This document shows, one piece after another, positions 11,012 to 23,782 of a DNA stretch of 33,537 bases. The stretch comes from Phoronis australis. Its lineage: Eukaryota > Animalia > Phoronida. The notes beneath the pieces are model-generated. The model worked only from the letters and a program-made list of their open reading frames with translations, was not told the origin of the DNA and did not search any database. The DNA lies in assembly GCA_002633005.1 (NCBI GenBank), contig NMRA01000183.1, positions 567,008 to 600,544 on the forward strand, written 5' to 3'. Each line of letters opens with the position of its first letter. Position 1 is the first letter of the stretch. Position numbers and translations under genes: made by a program.

Positions 11012-12135
11012 ACGTCTGCCGCTCGACAAAAAACGATGCCGGAGTTTTTTGCAAGTTTTTGCGTTTTGGCTTTGGCGCAGATGTCTCGCTTTTTATCTGA
11101 ACGTCCCGCTGTTCAATCCAGTTATGCCGTTTTATTTCATTCTTGATTTTCGACCGTGACGAATATGCAAAAGCTGTTCTAAATAACATTCAATGATTCT
11201 CTTTGTTGTGAATATTGTTATTTTCCAGATTCCACTCTCTTTAGTGACACAACTATCGCAAAATGTGTTCCAGTGTATCTTACTTACGGTAACATACACT
11301 ACATGTATCAGGGTCACTAATTTTTACTGAGAATAGTTCTATGGAAAGTCCTACACACGTAATGTGATGAGCTATCCACGGAACATTTCAAAGCTATACA
11401 GTACATCATAAGAGTGTCTCGGTATAAAAACCAACAGGTAGAGTCTATAACCAAAATCACAGATTTTTTAAACTTAGCGCATGAGTTTGGTTTGTTGAGA
11501 TGTAGAAAAATTTCACTTTTTAAAAATTTCCATCCATTATTTCTCTTTCCAAGACCTGTACCTCCATTTTGCAAATAAATTGGGCACCGAAGTAGACATA
11601 TTTGAGTGCGTCATTTGCATGTATAGCTAGGTGACAACAGATGTGTGATATGCTTTTAAAGGATTATGATTGAACAATTTAATGGCATAACTTTCAAAAT
11701 TCAGTTTAAAATTAGTATGCTTCGATTCCGTGTGGCAAAAACGCCTATTTTGCAGGTTTTCACTGATTAGAAGCCATTTTCGTCCAAATTTGGCACTCTA
11801 CAGCAGCTATATTGCATCTTTTCAAAAACTGACGTTTTTATAATTTGTTTAGACATTCCTAACCTCTTTATAATCTGAAATAAAAAATCTTGCCTCTCCC
11901 GTAGTTTTTGCTTATGAAGCATTACACGAACTGCACTCCGTCCTATTTGCCTGTTGTCAGTTGCCTCAACCATCAGTAGGGGGCCTATTGAAACGTGTAA
12001 TTAACTTGCAAAAACGACGCAAAACGCTTGTATTTTAGAAAAATTCTGCACATAAATTGTGACTACATGTAGCATGCGTGCTTCATCTAAATGATAGGTA
12101 GCGTCGCGGTTCGTTTACATGTCGACAGTGGACGT
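11012..12135. mobile_element. Possible old DNA transposon with degenerate long inverted termini
   Basis: ACGTCTGCCGCTCGACA (11012) resembles the reverse complement of TGTCGACAGTGGACGT (12120-12135). An inner pair, TTTTTGCAAGTT (~11046) and AACTTGCAAAAA (12003), is also inverted. No TSD seen. Confidence 0.3.
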
Positions 12136-13900
12136 GACTACCAGCCGAATCTGCCTTACTCGTGTTTTTGTCTTCGTTGCGAGAGTCACTGACATAGGAA
12201 GGGGGGCACCTAAAGGGTTATGGCCCTTTGTTCAGTACAAAAAAATTTCAACTCGATCAAAACTCATTGCAATTTTGCGTCCCTAATGTCCCCGGCAGGT
12301 TGCTACGAAGTTTTATCGGAATGAAAAGACATACATTCAAGGTCAAGAGAAAATAATTCATGACAGACAATTTTATTAATGACTCAGTTAATTACAGACA
12401 TTAGGTAAACACAGTTCAACACAACGGTCTGCCGGGACTCCCTAGCAGACATACCGAGTGACTGACTCTGTGCCGTAGTCAAGGGGGTGTCAGATGCTGC
12501 CGGGCGCCTGCCGAAGGGGGTGCTAAACAGGTGTTGTCCAAGGGGGGGGGGGGGGCACAAGGCATCTATTAACTGATTAACTGTTTGAGCTCAATACGCA
12601 GTGGCACCTTGCTGTATTTTGAAAATAGTCTTCACAGCTAGCTGGCTAGATAGGAAGGCTCTAGCTTCGAAAATTTTTTTACTGCGAAAGTGACAACAAT
12701 TTCAGAANGATGAGCTAGCCACGGTACATTTCAAAGTTATACAGCACTTCATAAGAGTGACTCCGTATAAAAACCAACAGGTAGAGTCTATAACCAAAAT
12801 CACAGATTTTTTAAACTTAGCGCATGAGTTTGGTTTGTTGAGATGTAGAAAAATTTCACTTTTTAAAAATTTTCATCCATTATTTCTCTTTCCAAGACCT
12901 GTACCTCCATTTTGCAAATAAATTGGGCACCGAAGTAGACATGTTTGAATGCCGCGTTATTAGCATGTATAGCTAGGTGATAACAGATGTGTCATATGCT
13001 TTTAAAGGATTATGATTGAACAATTTAATGGCATAACTTTCAAAATTCATTTTAAAATTAGTATGCTTTGATTTCGTGTGGCAAAAACGCCTATTTTGCA
13101 GGTGTTCATTGATTAGAAGCCATTTTCGGCCAAATTTGGCACTCTACAGCAGCCATATTACATCTTTTCAAAAACTGACGTTTTTATAATTTGTTCAGTC
13201 ATTCCTAACCTCTTTATAATCTGAAATAAAAAATCTTGCCTCTCCCGTAGTTTTTGCTTGTGAAGCATTACACGAACTGCACTCTGTCCTATTTGCCTGT
13301 TGTCAGTTGCCTCAACCATCAATAGGGGGCCTATTGAAACGTGTAATTAACTTGCAAAAACGACGCAAAACGCTTGTATTTTAGAAAAAACCAGACAGCA
13401 CTACTAATAACCATTCTCTCAATACCCCACTGGTGTTTATTGCTTATTACAAAAAATTCTGCACATAAATTGTGACTACATGTAGCATGCGTGCTTCATC
13501 TAAATGATAGGTAGCGTCGCGGTTCGTTTACATGTGGACAGTGGACGTGACTACCAGCCGAATCTGCCTTACTTGTGTTTTTTGTCTTCGTTGCGAGAGT
13601 CACTGACATAGGAAGGGGGGCACCTAAAGGGTTATGGCCCTTTGTTCAGTACAAAAAATTTTCAACTCGATCAAAACTCATTGCAATTTTGCGTCCCTAA
13701 TGTCCCCGGCAGGTTGCTACGAAGTTTTATAGAATGAAAAGACATACATTCAAGGTCAAGAGAAAATAATTCATGACAGACAATTTTATTAATGACTCAG
13801 TTAATTACAGACATTAGGTAAACACAGTTCAACACAACGGTCTGCCGGGATTCCATAGCAGACATACCGAGTGACTGACTCTGTGCCGTAGTCAAGGGGG
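11366..13900. repeat. Direct duplication 11366-12487 / 12709-13900, second copy bounded by single Ns; likely alternative haplotype contig
   Basis: Both copies begin GATGAGCTA.CCACGG.ACATTTCAAAG and end GTAGTCAAGGGGG. Ns lie at 12708 and 13901. The copies differ by SNPs and a ~67 bp indel at ~13390-13455. Confidence 0.85.
12158..12453 (-). mobile_element. Possible reverse-oriented HINE-like element (duplicate at ~13570-13867)
   Basis: Terminal hairpin GTCTGC-cgggactcccta-GCAGAC-ATA (12427-12453), partial subTIR repeat CTGACATA (~12190) and internal hairpin AAAGGG-ttatgg-CCCTTT (~12212-12229). Confidence 0.35.
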
Positions 13901-14119
13901 NTGATGTGTGCTGTACGTAAAGCTAGCTACCGGCGGAGATGGGGGAGGGGGTGCGCCACAAGTGAGAGTGTCGACGGGGAGCAAGGACTGAGGCGCGCTG
14001 CTCTTGGCGATACCCTACTGGACTGTCATTTCAACCCAACTACAAACTACGATAAAATAAATGATACATGTATACGGCGAGCACTAGCAAAGCAAAGTTG
14101 GCTCATTTAACTCTAACTG

Positions 14120-14480
14120 TGACACTTGATCTTGTGGCTCTTGAAGTCGAAGGACGGTTGCAGGTGGTACCAATTCTGAGCCTGTCCAAACTGACCCAAT
14201 ATCCACCGTGAAATGTTTAAGTCAATACCTCGTTCAGATTTTCTTCTGGAAGGTCTTGTGTGTTCAGGGTACAGACACTTTCTGGTTCGGTGAAAACCGG
14301 GACCAAATTCTCTTCGGTGAACATCGAATATGATTTGACTCCACGACTGGTCCTACTCAGTCACAAGTTTTTCTATCCTGGTTAGTACGAGCCCATATAC
14401 CCTGCCACTGGCCTTGATATGTGCGGTACACAACAACATCTCAGATGTTCTGAAGTGTGCATGACTGACTAAAGCCACGA
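14120..14480 (-). pseudogene. Decayed coding remnant resembling the Cys/His-rich N-terminal region of a DNA-transposon protein (superfamily uncertain)
   Basis: The minus strand reads ...GLVLTRIEKLVTE*DQSWSQIIFDVHRREFGPGFHRTRKCLYPEHTRPSRRKSERGIDLNISRWILGQFG..., a long near-open frame with HR..FG and C.YP.H...R.I spacing. The resemblance is from memory only. Confidence 0.3.
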
Positions 14481-15299
14481 AGCCTTGTGTTCGCACTTGC
14501 ATAATAAAAACTCTCTAAACGAACAGAAACGGCCTTCGTTCTTCATTTAGTCTTTAAAATCACGATAGCCTCAAAACCAGTCTTTACAAATAATAATTCT
14601 TAAAAATTCAAACTTCAAATGGTTTTGTTTCCATTCGACTTACAATTGTCAAATAAATAATGGAAGAAAACACGAGGTTACACTTAGAAGTCTTTTACAT
14701 ATCATCAAACCTAATGTCAACTGACTCACTGGACAAAGGTTATCGCTCTCAGTTTTGACACTGATCGCGTAATACATCCAAAAAACAACTTGTTTCCATT
14801 TGAAAAACCTTAGATTTAACTTTTATAATAATATAAAGAAGAGTTCTTGTTCAAAATTTCGTTCAATTGGTCTGTAAACTATGTCCGTCATTTCCAAAGT
14901 CGACAGTTTTTCAAGACAATTTTCTCTAAATGTAAAGTAAAGGCAAGATATTTTTAGTCAGTCATCTAGATTTACTCTTTAGATGTTTGTTCAAAGTCAC
15001 GTACAGCTGCAATGCGAAACATGGGAGTAAGAGGGTCACAAAAACTCCCACTAAAATTAACTAGGAAAAGTGGTCTGTGGATTATCTCCACTGTCTAGCA
15101 CAAAGCCGTTGAAATTTGAGTAAATCCCAAATAAATATTTACAGTATACATTGGTTATTTCAGCCACCAAAGTACAACTTTCAATCTATTTTGTAAAATA
15201 TTTATTTTTGTTTCTGAAAACATACAATTTTGGAGACGGCTAATATGACCAATTGTGGTCTAGTGCTCCAGCGGCGAAATTAGGGGTCATTAAGTGCAT

Positions 15300-15388
15300 A
15301 AAATGTGCCATTTAGATTTTTGTTAGGATACCTACCCATGTACAAAATGTGACATTTAGATTTTTGTTAAGATACCTATCACTATACA
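15300..15388. repeat. Two ~44 bp tandem copies
   Basis: AAAATGTG(C/A)CATTTAGATTTTTGTTA(G/A)GATACCTA occurs twice. Confidence 0.85.
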
Positions 15389-15637
15389 AAAAATGAAGCT
15401 GTTTGGAATTTTGACCTATAGACTGATTTTTGAAAATCTACTATTTTTTATATGTATTGCCTCATAAATGGTTGCCCATTTATATAGCCTGCCTTTTAAT
15501 TAGTTGCCCATTTTTTCTATTCGAGAACAAAATTTCGGATAGATAGTTATAGTAAGCAGTTAATTACAGTTTTTAAATGTCACTGCATCTTCAAATTTTA
15601 CTGAAGAATGTAATTGCAGCAAACGACACCGAAAGCC

Positions 15638-15691
15638 CAATTAATTATAATATATAAGGTGTACAATTAATTATAATATATAAGGTGTACA
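15638..15691. repeat. Perfect 26 bp tandem duplication
   Basis: CAATTAATTATAATATATAAGGTGTA occurs twice. Confidence 0.95.
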
Positions 15692-16967
15692 GTTTCCGAT
15701 AAATGCCTGACTAAATTCTCGACAGCAACTATGAGTGATCCATACCATAAAATCTTTGTCTTTATAGGATAGAAATGTTTATTTGAATCATTGAAATTAT
15801 TTCCCTACTGATTCAACTGGTCGTTTACGTCACAGGTTCATTTCCTTTATAAGTTACTCTTACACCCTATTATTTTGCGCATTTTGTTAACACTCTTTGT
15901 CTTGAGAATTAAAAGCAAGTTTTTTACAAACCTGTAAGCTATGCGAAATAATAATTACTAATCAATTAAATCTTTTGTTTCTGGTATAACCATCAAAAGC
16001 TGATCAAGAGCTTTCTAATGATATGATTCTTATGCAGATAGTCCATGCGCGCAACCATCCAAACATGGAGGACTCGAATTTCTGAGAATGTGGACCTTTT
16101 ACTAAGATTAACGGGGTCCTTTCAGAGCTATGAATTGTGCAATCACCGAATGCAATTCCTGTCTTTTTAGTGAACATTTGTCTCGTGGCCTACTTTTTCC
16201 GGAGTTTTTGTTTCTCTGAGGCGGACCTTTTTACCCACTTCGCCAAATAGGGGACTTGTTCGAGCCCTCTTTCCTCGGTGCACACATGAACTCGGTTGAA
16301 AAACAGGGTAGTTGCGAAAACTTTAGTGACAGTAAGTTCCATAGCGAATACTAACTGCAGCATGAACGAATACAAAATAAATTTCAAGCATGCGCGGCGC
16401 AACCTCAGCAGGGCGAAGTCTCTAAAAAGCAAAACGTCGCGAGATTACGCGAAATATTGACGTGTATTTCAAATAAGAGCAAGTGATTTTGACTAGGTTA
16501 TCTAGCCGCGAGATAGATATTGAACTCCAACTAGGACTAGAGTTCTATGGTCTAAACGACTGCGTATGACTGGATTTTAGTCACCGCAAAGCCTACTGGG
16601 ATTGGTGAAGTATAATAAACATGGCCGATTAACTTGAATACTGTACGGTCAACACACATGTGAGCTCATTACTATTACCATACTACAAAGTTTCCACAAA
16701 GCGAAGCAAAGCGAATTACGCTGACCTATTAGATGCTCGAGCAGTGTCGCACGAGCAACACGTGATTAGCTATCGCTGGCCAAAAGGGTGAAAGGTACGA
16801 ACACAAATTACGTGTGCAATTTAATTCTTTGTAGAGGCGTAATGCAATTACTTTACACCACAGATGATTATTTACACCATTAAAAGTTACTTAATGCCAA
16901 CAACTAATTACTTTACGCCTCTAAACAATTCCTTAACGCCTCTAAAAAGACTAAACTTACGCACGTG

Positions 16968-18012
16968 CAAAGGCGGATTTAGGGGGGGGGGGCAGCCCAA
17001 CCCCCTTGGCTGCCGCAAAAAATAAAACAGTAAGAGCGTACGGAAATGTTGAGTTCATTAATTAACCCCGGTAATTAAAATTATACGGATGAAAAAAGAT
17101 TTAAATGTGTGCAGTTTTAGTGTTGGGNNNNNNNNNNNNNNNNNNNNNNNNNNNNNNNNNNNNNNNNNNNNNNNNNNNNNNNNNNNNNNNNNNNNNNNNN
17201 NNNNNNNNNNNNNNNNNNNNNNNNNNNNNNNNNNNNNNNNNNNNNNNNNNNNNNNNNNNNNNNNNNNNNNNNNNNNNNNNNNNNNNNNNNNNNNNNNNNN
17301 NNNNNNNNNNNNNNNNNNNNNNNNNNNNNNNNNNNNNNNNNNNNNNNNNNNNNNNNNNNNNNNNNNNNNNNNNNNNNNNNNNNNNNNNNNNNNNNNNNNN
17401 NNNNNNNNNNNNNNNNNNNNNNNNNNNNNNNNNNNNNNNNNNNNNNNNNNNNNNNNNNNNNNNNNNNNNNNNNNNNNNNNNNNNNNNNNNNNNNNNNNNN
17501 NNNNNNNNNNNNNNNNNNNNNNNNNNNNNNNNNNNNNNNNNNNNNNNNNNNNNNNNNNNNNNNNNNNNNNNNNNNNNNNNNNNNNNNNNNNNNNNNNNNN
17601 NNNNNNNNNNNNNNNNNNNNNNNNNNNNNNNNNNNNNNNNNNNNNNNNNNNNNNNNNNNNNNNNNNNNNNNNNNNNNNNNNNNNNNNNNNNNNNNNNNNN
17701 NNNNNNNNNNNNNNNNNNNNNNNNNNNNNNNNNNNNNNNNNNNNNNNNNNNNNNNNNNNNNNNNNNNNNNNNNNNNNNNNNNNNNNNNNNNNNNNNNNNN
17801 NNNNNNNNNNNNNNNNNNNNNNNNNNNNNNNNNNNNNNNNNNNNNNNNNNNNNNNNNNNNNNNNNNNNNNNNNNNNNNNNNNNNNNNNNNNNNNNNNNNN
17901 NNNNNNNNNNNNNNNNNNNNNNNTGCGCATCTACAATCGTGGTTCAGTTTGCGTAAGCTTACAGCCGGACAAAATGTTGGGCACCCCTTGTGATATCCTA
18001 GATCCGCCACTG
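16968..18012. mobile_element. hAT-like non-autonomous element spanning the assembly gap
   Basis: Termini are CAAAGGCGGATTTAGG and CCTAGATCCGCCACTG. Flanks are CACGTG / GACGTG (6 bp, 1 mismatch). Confidence 0.7.
17128..17923. other. Assembly gap (N run)
   Basis: Continuous Ns. Confidence 1.
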
Positions 18013-21000
18013 GACGTGAATTATGTGCGTAACGTTCGCCCATTTGGACAACGAAAATCCGCCGACGCCACTTCCTTGCCCAATTGTTCCCTTACTGAGA
18101 ACTGAGACCAGTCAAAATATTAAACGCAGTCATTAGTAGGTGGTCCTTTGATATCATCTGTCGTTTGGAAACATGTCGGCGATTAGCTGTCGTTTTGTTT
18201 ATATGATGACAAGAGTAATGAAACTTGGTAGGAATGTATTATTGAGACCCTATTCTACACACAGTCGCAAAACCTGCTGTGATTTACTTTACTAGAAAAT
18301 AGACTGCCCGTATGCACGCATAGTAATTACAAATTAAGGTTTGTTTAAATGTCAAGGCGCAACTTAAGAACAACAGGCATGCTGGGCCAAAGTACCATAG
18401 TGCGGTCGTTTATACGAACTGTACAACGACAGGGCCCGTCACCGTCATCTACATCTACCCAATTTTATCCTCGAAACTCCCGCACAAAATTAAACATTCC
18501 CGTGGAATCTTGCAACACAACTTGTCAATGCTTTTTCGAGGCAAGTCTCATACATAAATTTTGGTGTTTATATGCCCAGGTGTTGCCGGTGCCATGAGCA
18601 TCTATTTTTCATAACAAACTCCATTAACATAGATGACCTGTGTAACAGTAGCCGACATGTATTTGTACGAGAATAACGAAAACATGTGAAACATTTCGTT
18701 GAGCATGCGTGATTGGTAATTACAGATTAAATCGATAACGACGATAAACCTGATCCGAACACGTGATTATCTTCTATGATGAGATTTTTTGCGTGAGGTG
18801 TATTCATGTACACGCGACCTCAATCTATCGCATAGCCTAGCAACGCTTTAATAAAATCCATCGTCCGCACAATTTGATTTGGCCTAGATTTGCATACATG
18901 CATGAAATGGCTTGGCTATGACTAGTGTAGTTTCTGTTCCATTTTTCAGTTTTAGAAAGCAAGTGACACCACTCATTGTACTCTCATCTTGATGATTGAT
19001 TGAAAAATTCAATGCAATATAACGTGGCATGCATGGCAATGAAATTGTAACCCTTGTCCCAGAAACCCATTCCATATTAATGAATCAATCATTGAAGTAA
19101 TTATTATTTGGTATTTTTGTATACTTTCTTGGAAAAAAAAACAAGTAATGTTGAAGCATAATTTCTTTGTAAATCTCTCTTAGTTCCCATTTCAATAGCA
19201 AAGCGATTTTTTCCGTAAGTCTGCGGTGTATAACACCATCCAATCTTTACTTTCTCTAGCATTAATTTCTGCAGACGTTATTATATTTATGAAGCTTATC
19301 CGTTGATATTATCACAAAAGCGGAATGCTCATGCTCGCGCAAATCCTCTGAGCACGTCATGTCTTCCGTTTGTATCCCAAGATCCCTCAGTGCGTGCTCG
19401 AAAACTGACGATAACAAGAGGAAGCGCCATTATGCTAATGACTCTGACGTCACACTGATACTCTGAAGGGCTAACAAGATTAAAATGTCGCTTGCTACAT
19501 TCATGGAAGTACAGTCGGACTCTATTATAGAAAAATCTATAAAGACATCTCGTAATTTGATGTGGGCACAGATGTGAAGTGCTATTATCATGATTGCCAA
19601 CTGCAAAATTTAATTGCTGTTGAGTAAGTGACCAGCTTTCAGCGGCCTTCCCTGACTGCAATATGTGACCTAGATCAGCTCAATCGTGTGTGTGTGTGTG
19701 TGAACTGAGCTGCGGTGATGAGTCGCGCGTTTTGTCTTCTCGTAGCTGCGGTCTCAGCATTCCGTGTACTTGTGTTAAACGACTGATACAGGGAGTAATT
19801 ATTATTAGTCACACTTCAGCCTCGTCTGCTTGCGTAAACCGGTTAAATCACGGATTATCACTGGAAGATGTTTTTTCCATCTGTCGTGTAACCGAACCAG
19901 ATTCGAACGCGTCCCTTGTTGATGAACGGCGGATTAAGTGATCAGTTTTCATTAAACCTGATACTCACTGCAGTGTTCACATATGAATGATGGCGATGTT
20001 GGAACAGGTGAGAAAGTATATGTTTTTATTTTTAACAAGCTCCTCATAACGGCTGCGATAGTACCGTCCTTTCGGGTGAAAGTTCTAAGGCAAGCAACGA
20101 GTGAGTAGGTCTCTTCCATGTCGATGACCATGCTTTGCATATTTTGCCTGGTAGAAAATGTGCTGTTCAACTGTTGTGCCTTGTAGTCATTACGTGCTGT
20201 AAAGCTTTATGAATTCCCCGGAGTTTCTAATTACGGTGTTGAAGCATAATCCACTACTGTGTTGGAAGAACCACACCAAATAGCCTGGGACTGGTAAAAT
20301 TGTTAATGCATCATTACAAATGTACATGTCGACGGTGCCTGCCGGCATAGTCTATGTTAATAGCTGTCGGTACAAACCATCAAACGTGTTTTAAATGGTG
20401 CGTACGTGTGCCCTGGGGTCACGGACCAGTTTTTGGTATCTATTTTTGTTTACGCTGAAAATTTTGGAAAGTAGGACGTCCCGAACCATTATTAATAAAC
20501 TAAAAGGCTCACTCCTGGTACAGCGTACTTGTAAAGCCAAGGTGTCACTTTGGGCTGGACAGCGTTGTTTTGTTGTTTTTTATACATATGCTGATTACAG
20601 AGCCGCAATGCCAGTATCACGTTGCAATACCCCTACACGTTGTAGCAGCGCCTTGTGTCTAAATTAGTATACAGGTCATTAGCTCGACTCATCGCGTCGC
20701 AATCCATTTAAGTGCATGTTTCGCTGAATATTAACACACACGCAATTGTCCTGTCGAGAAGTGCTAGACATGACCAACTCTCATGTGCTCCAATTGAGAC
20801 CACACAGAGGTTAACAGAGGGATCTCTTAAACATCTATCAGTCGTGTCTTCGACTGGGAGAAAATTTCATCGCAGGAATTAACTCAGTTACACGTAGTCT
20901 GTACAGTAACGTGCCAGTGACTAACGCTAATGAGTGACAAAAATTATTGTAAACTGCCGACAAGTTTTAAGCTAGTACTACGTGCATGTATTGTTCAGCG

Positions 21001-22294
21001 AATTTTAGCCAAAACCAGCAAGTATTTTGAGTGTTATATCAGCATTGCTCCAATTTGTGTCCATCCGTGATGTAGCACGATTGGTGGAAAATTTGGTGGC
21101 GGGTCATGTTTTATAAAGGCTGCGAATTCCTGGACACTATCCCATTACAAGGATCGCGAGAAACGTTATTGTGAATGGTGCGCTGTGTTGGTCTTGCAAA
21201 GCGCATTCGATTCAACCGTACAGAAATGATTATTAACGAGTCACCTAGGTGATTGAATTGTTCATCAGTAAAAGTCTGTGATGTGTCACAAGCTAACCAT
21301 TTAGTCTTTGCGCCACAAAACTGCTTAAGCAACATATTCCACCTGTGTATTGATTTATTCATCAGCAAAAAACAAACCCAGCAAACTTATGTTTTTCAGA
21401 ACTCACTTTTACGCATCCCTATTCATGAGCGAGGATTCGAAGCGCTCTATGTGCGTGGGCGAAATGATCACTTGTCTGATGGCGAAACAAAAGCCAGCTG
21501 TTCCTTGTAATGTTTAAATATTGACAGTCACCTGTACATAATTTAAGCGTTAGTTATGTCCATAAAATGAATTCTTATCACTATTTCAAAATCAGGTGGC
21601 ACCTATGATTTCGGCTTGAAATGTTACAGTCAATGAATGTAAACAATGAATAAGAATGTCAATTTGAGTACAGTCAAATTAGAAGCTTACCACCAAGCGA
21701 GGAAATTAACAGTGCTTTCGATTGCTTTTTATTGTTTTTCATTTCACCAGGGCCCGGGGTCCGTGCTCTAAATCGAACAAGAAGTCATATTTTTGACGGA
21801 TCAGCTGACGCCAGAATGAATTCGCACCAAAATGATTTTGGTCAAAACCATCTGGACAGGTCAGCACAATGAAATATATTGAATCAAGTCAGTCGAGATA
21901 ACTGGACAACTTTTGGTTTTCGGTTATACGTAATGTCTGGTAATTTAATAGGGCCGTCTCTCACACAGCGACACGCGAATCTTGCTGTATTTAACCACAA
22001 TGCCGTGAACATCCGACAGACACAATTGCTGCCTCGTTTTCATGCCACTGGAATTTCATACGTTATTTGTTGTTGTCTCTTTACAAGGCTGGACCTCTGC
22101 CAGAAGAAAGTTTGATAAAGGACAAATACACGAAGATGCGTGAACTGAAATTCTTCGCCTTCCCAACATCAATGAGAGACACGAAATGTGCCTGATTTCC
22201 AAAACGAGGTCAATCGCTTTCTAGTCTCCGGGACAAAGGATATGTCTATCGCCGTGTAATCAGGGACGGCCCTTGTAGCTCTATAACGTTTTCC

Positions 22295-22442
22295 CAGGGG
22301 CGAATCCAGTAATTTGAGTAAGAGGGGGCAGGGCAGAGTATTAGCCAGGATTTTGCCTGCCATACATTCTCCCCCTCGAACTGCTAAATGGAATCTGGGA
22401 GAATTTCAGAGGGGCCATGGCCCCCCTCTAAATCCGCCACTG
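22295..22442. mobile_element. hAT-like MITE (148 bp) with perfect 5-bp TSD
   Basis: TTTCC|CAGGGGCGAATCCAG ... CTAAATCCGCCACTG|TTTCC. Confidence 0.8.
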
Positions 22443-23297
22443 TTTCCTACCATCGTTGACCTGAATCAAAAGTGGCAAAGCAGACGATAATACACCTCAC
22501 ACAAAATTTTGATGAAATCTTGCTGGTACGATTTTTATTTTGTTCAGAATCAGTGCACGTGCCGCTGCTGAACTATTCGCATCAGTGCACCGTACAAAAA
22601 TACAACTAAGAAATCGCCTGTCCAACTAGTTTTTTTATTTGAGGTTTCCGTTGTCTTTCCACTTTGCGTTCACCAAAAGTTGCATAGTCACTTGCACGAG
22701 CAATTTTGATGTCGGCGACACATCGCGCAACTTTTCGACTGACAACGTCTCTCGTCTGAAACGCGCTTCAGTCACTTGTCCAACAAGTGTTGCATTTTTT
22801 AAACCGACCTGTACAATGTCGAAGTGATTTATTATAAATTTTATAAGACGTTTGTATCTTCACAGCTCGTCCACACGACTGTACACCGTTTCACGCAACT
22901 TAGTAAACACAATTCAATATAGTGGAAGTACTATTGATGTTTGATATAGATTTTGCCCTGATCTCTGCCCAACAGTATTTAACACCGAATGCATGCTTGC
23001 AAATTATATGTACATTGGATGCGTGATCTTGAGTGTAATTAGAGAAGCTCAGGCGTGTTGTCGCACCGCTGATACTGTTTAAGAGGTTTGGAACAAGAAA
23101 AACAAACTAAATTACATTATTTAATGTGGTTCTCTGCCACTGAAACAGAAGTCTACCTGTTCACCTGCTATCTTTACGGTTTGTTTGAATTTCTATTGAT
23201 GTCAAAGCATTTTTCTTTTGGTTTCAAATTTCAAAAACACGATCTAGCTGTCAATTTCTCATCACTTCGTTGATTTTTCTTCCTCAAGGCAAAGCAC

Positions 23298-23782
23298 GTA
23301 TCCTTATTTGGCACCAGGATTTTCCATTCATGCGCCCATAGGCATGTATTCGGAAAATGAAACATTTCAGGCGTTTTTGCAACAACAAATAAACTCCCGG
23401 GCGTTTATTCGGAAAAGGGGGCTTGTAAACGGAAAGTCGCACTTTTGCCTACGCAAATGCCAACATGGATTGAATACATGTAGGCTTAGATTAAGAGGTT
23501 TCCTGACTGACATTTTTACTTAAAACTGTGTTTTTAATTTCATTTTCATAAATGCATAGTTAACATCCCTTTTTGCGTTTTTTATAAATGATAAATGCTT
23601 TACAAAACTGAATTTGTGACTAAAATCTGACGCTGATCGAGCTTTTAGGAGGACATTTTTCGAATAAACGCCCCAATATCTTGACACTTGACACCAGAAG
23701 TTTTAAACCAAATAAACGCCCATGGGCATAATTTTCCGAATAAACGCCCATGGGCGTTTCATCGGGTGGGGTATCTACGGAA
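23298..23782. mobile_element. Degraded pogo/Tigger-like MITE
   Basis: GAATAAACGCCC-type motifs at ~23662, 23711 and 23738, with an inverted GGGCGTTTATTCGG at ~23399. The right end is TACGG(AA) at ~23776-23782. The left boundary is approximate. Confidence 0.5.

Larger units (their letters stand above)
16772..18054. mobile_element. Small fold-back element with ~70 bp inverted arms, right arm interrupted by a hAT-like MITE
   Basis: The left arm 16772-16842 (TCGCTGGCCAAAAGGGTGAAAGGTACGAACACAAATTACGTGTGCAATTTAATTCTTTGTAGAGGCGTAA) pairs with 16933-16967 plus 18019-18054 once the insert is removed. The interior has about five TTACTTTACGCC-like motifs. Confidence 0.7.

Noticed and set aside
17058-18105. 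Long 283-338 aa ORFs
   Set aside because: Artefacts of translating through the N gap.
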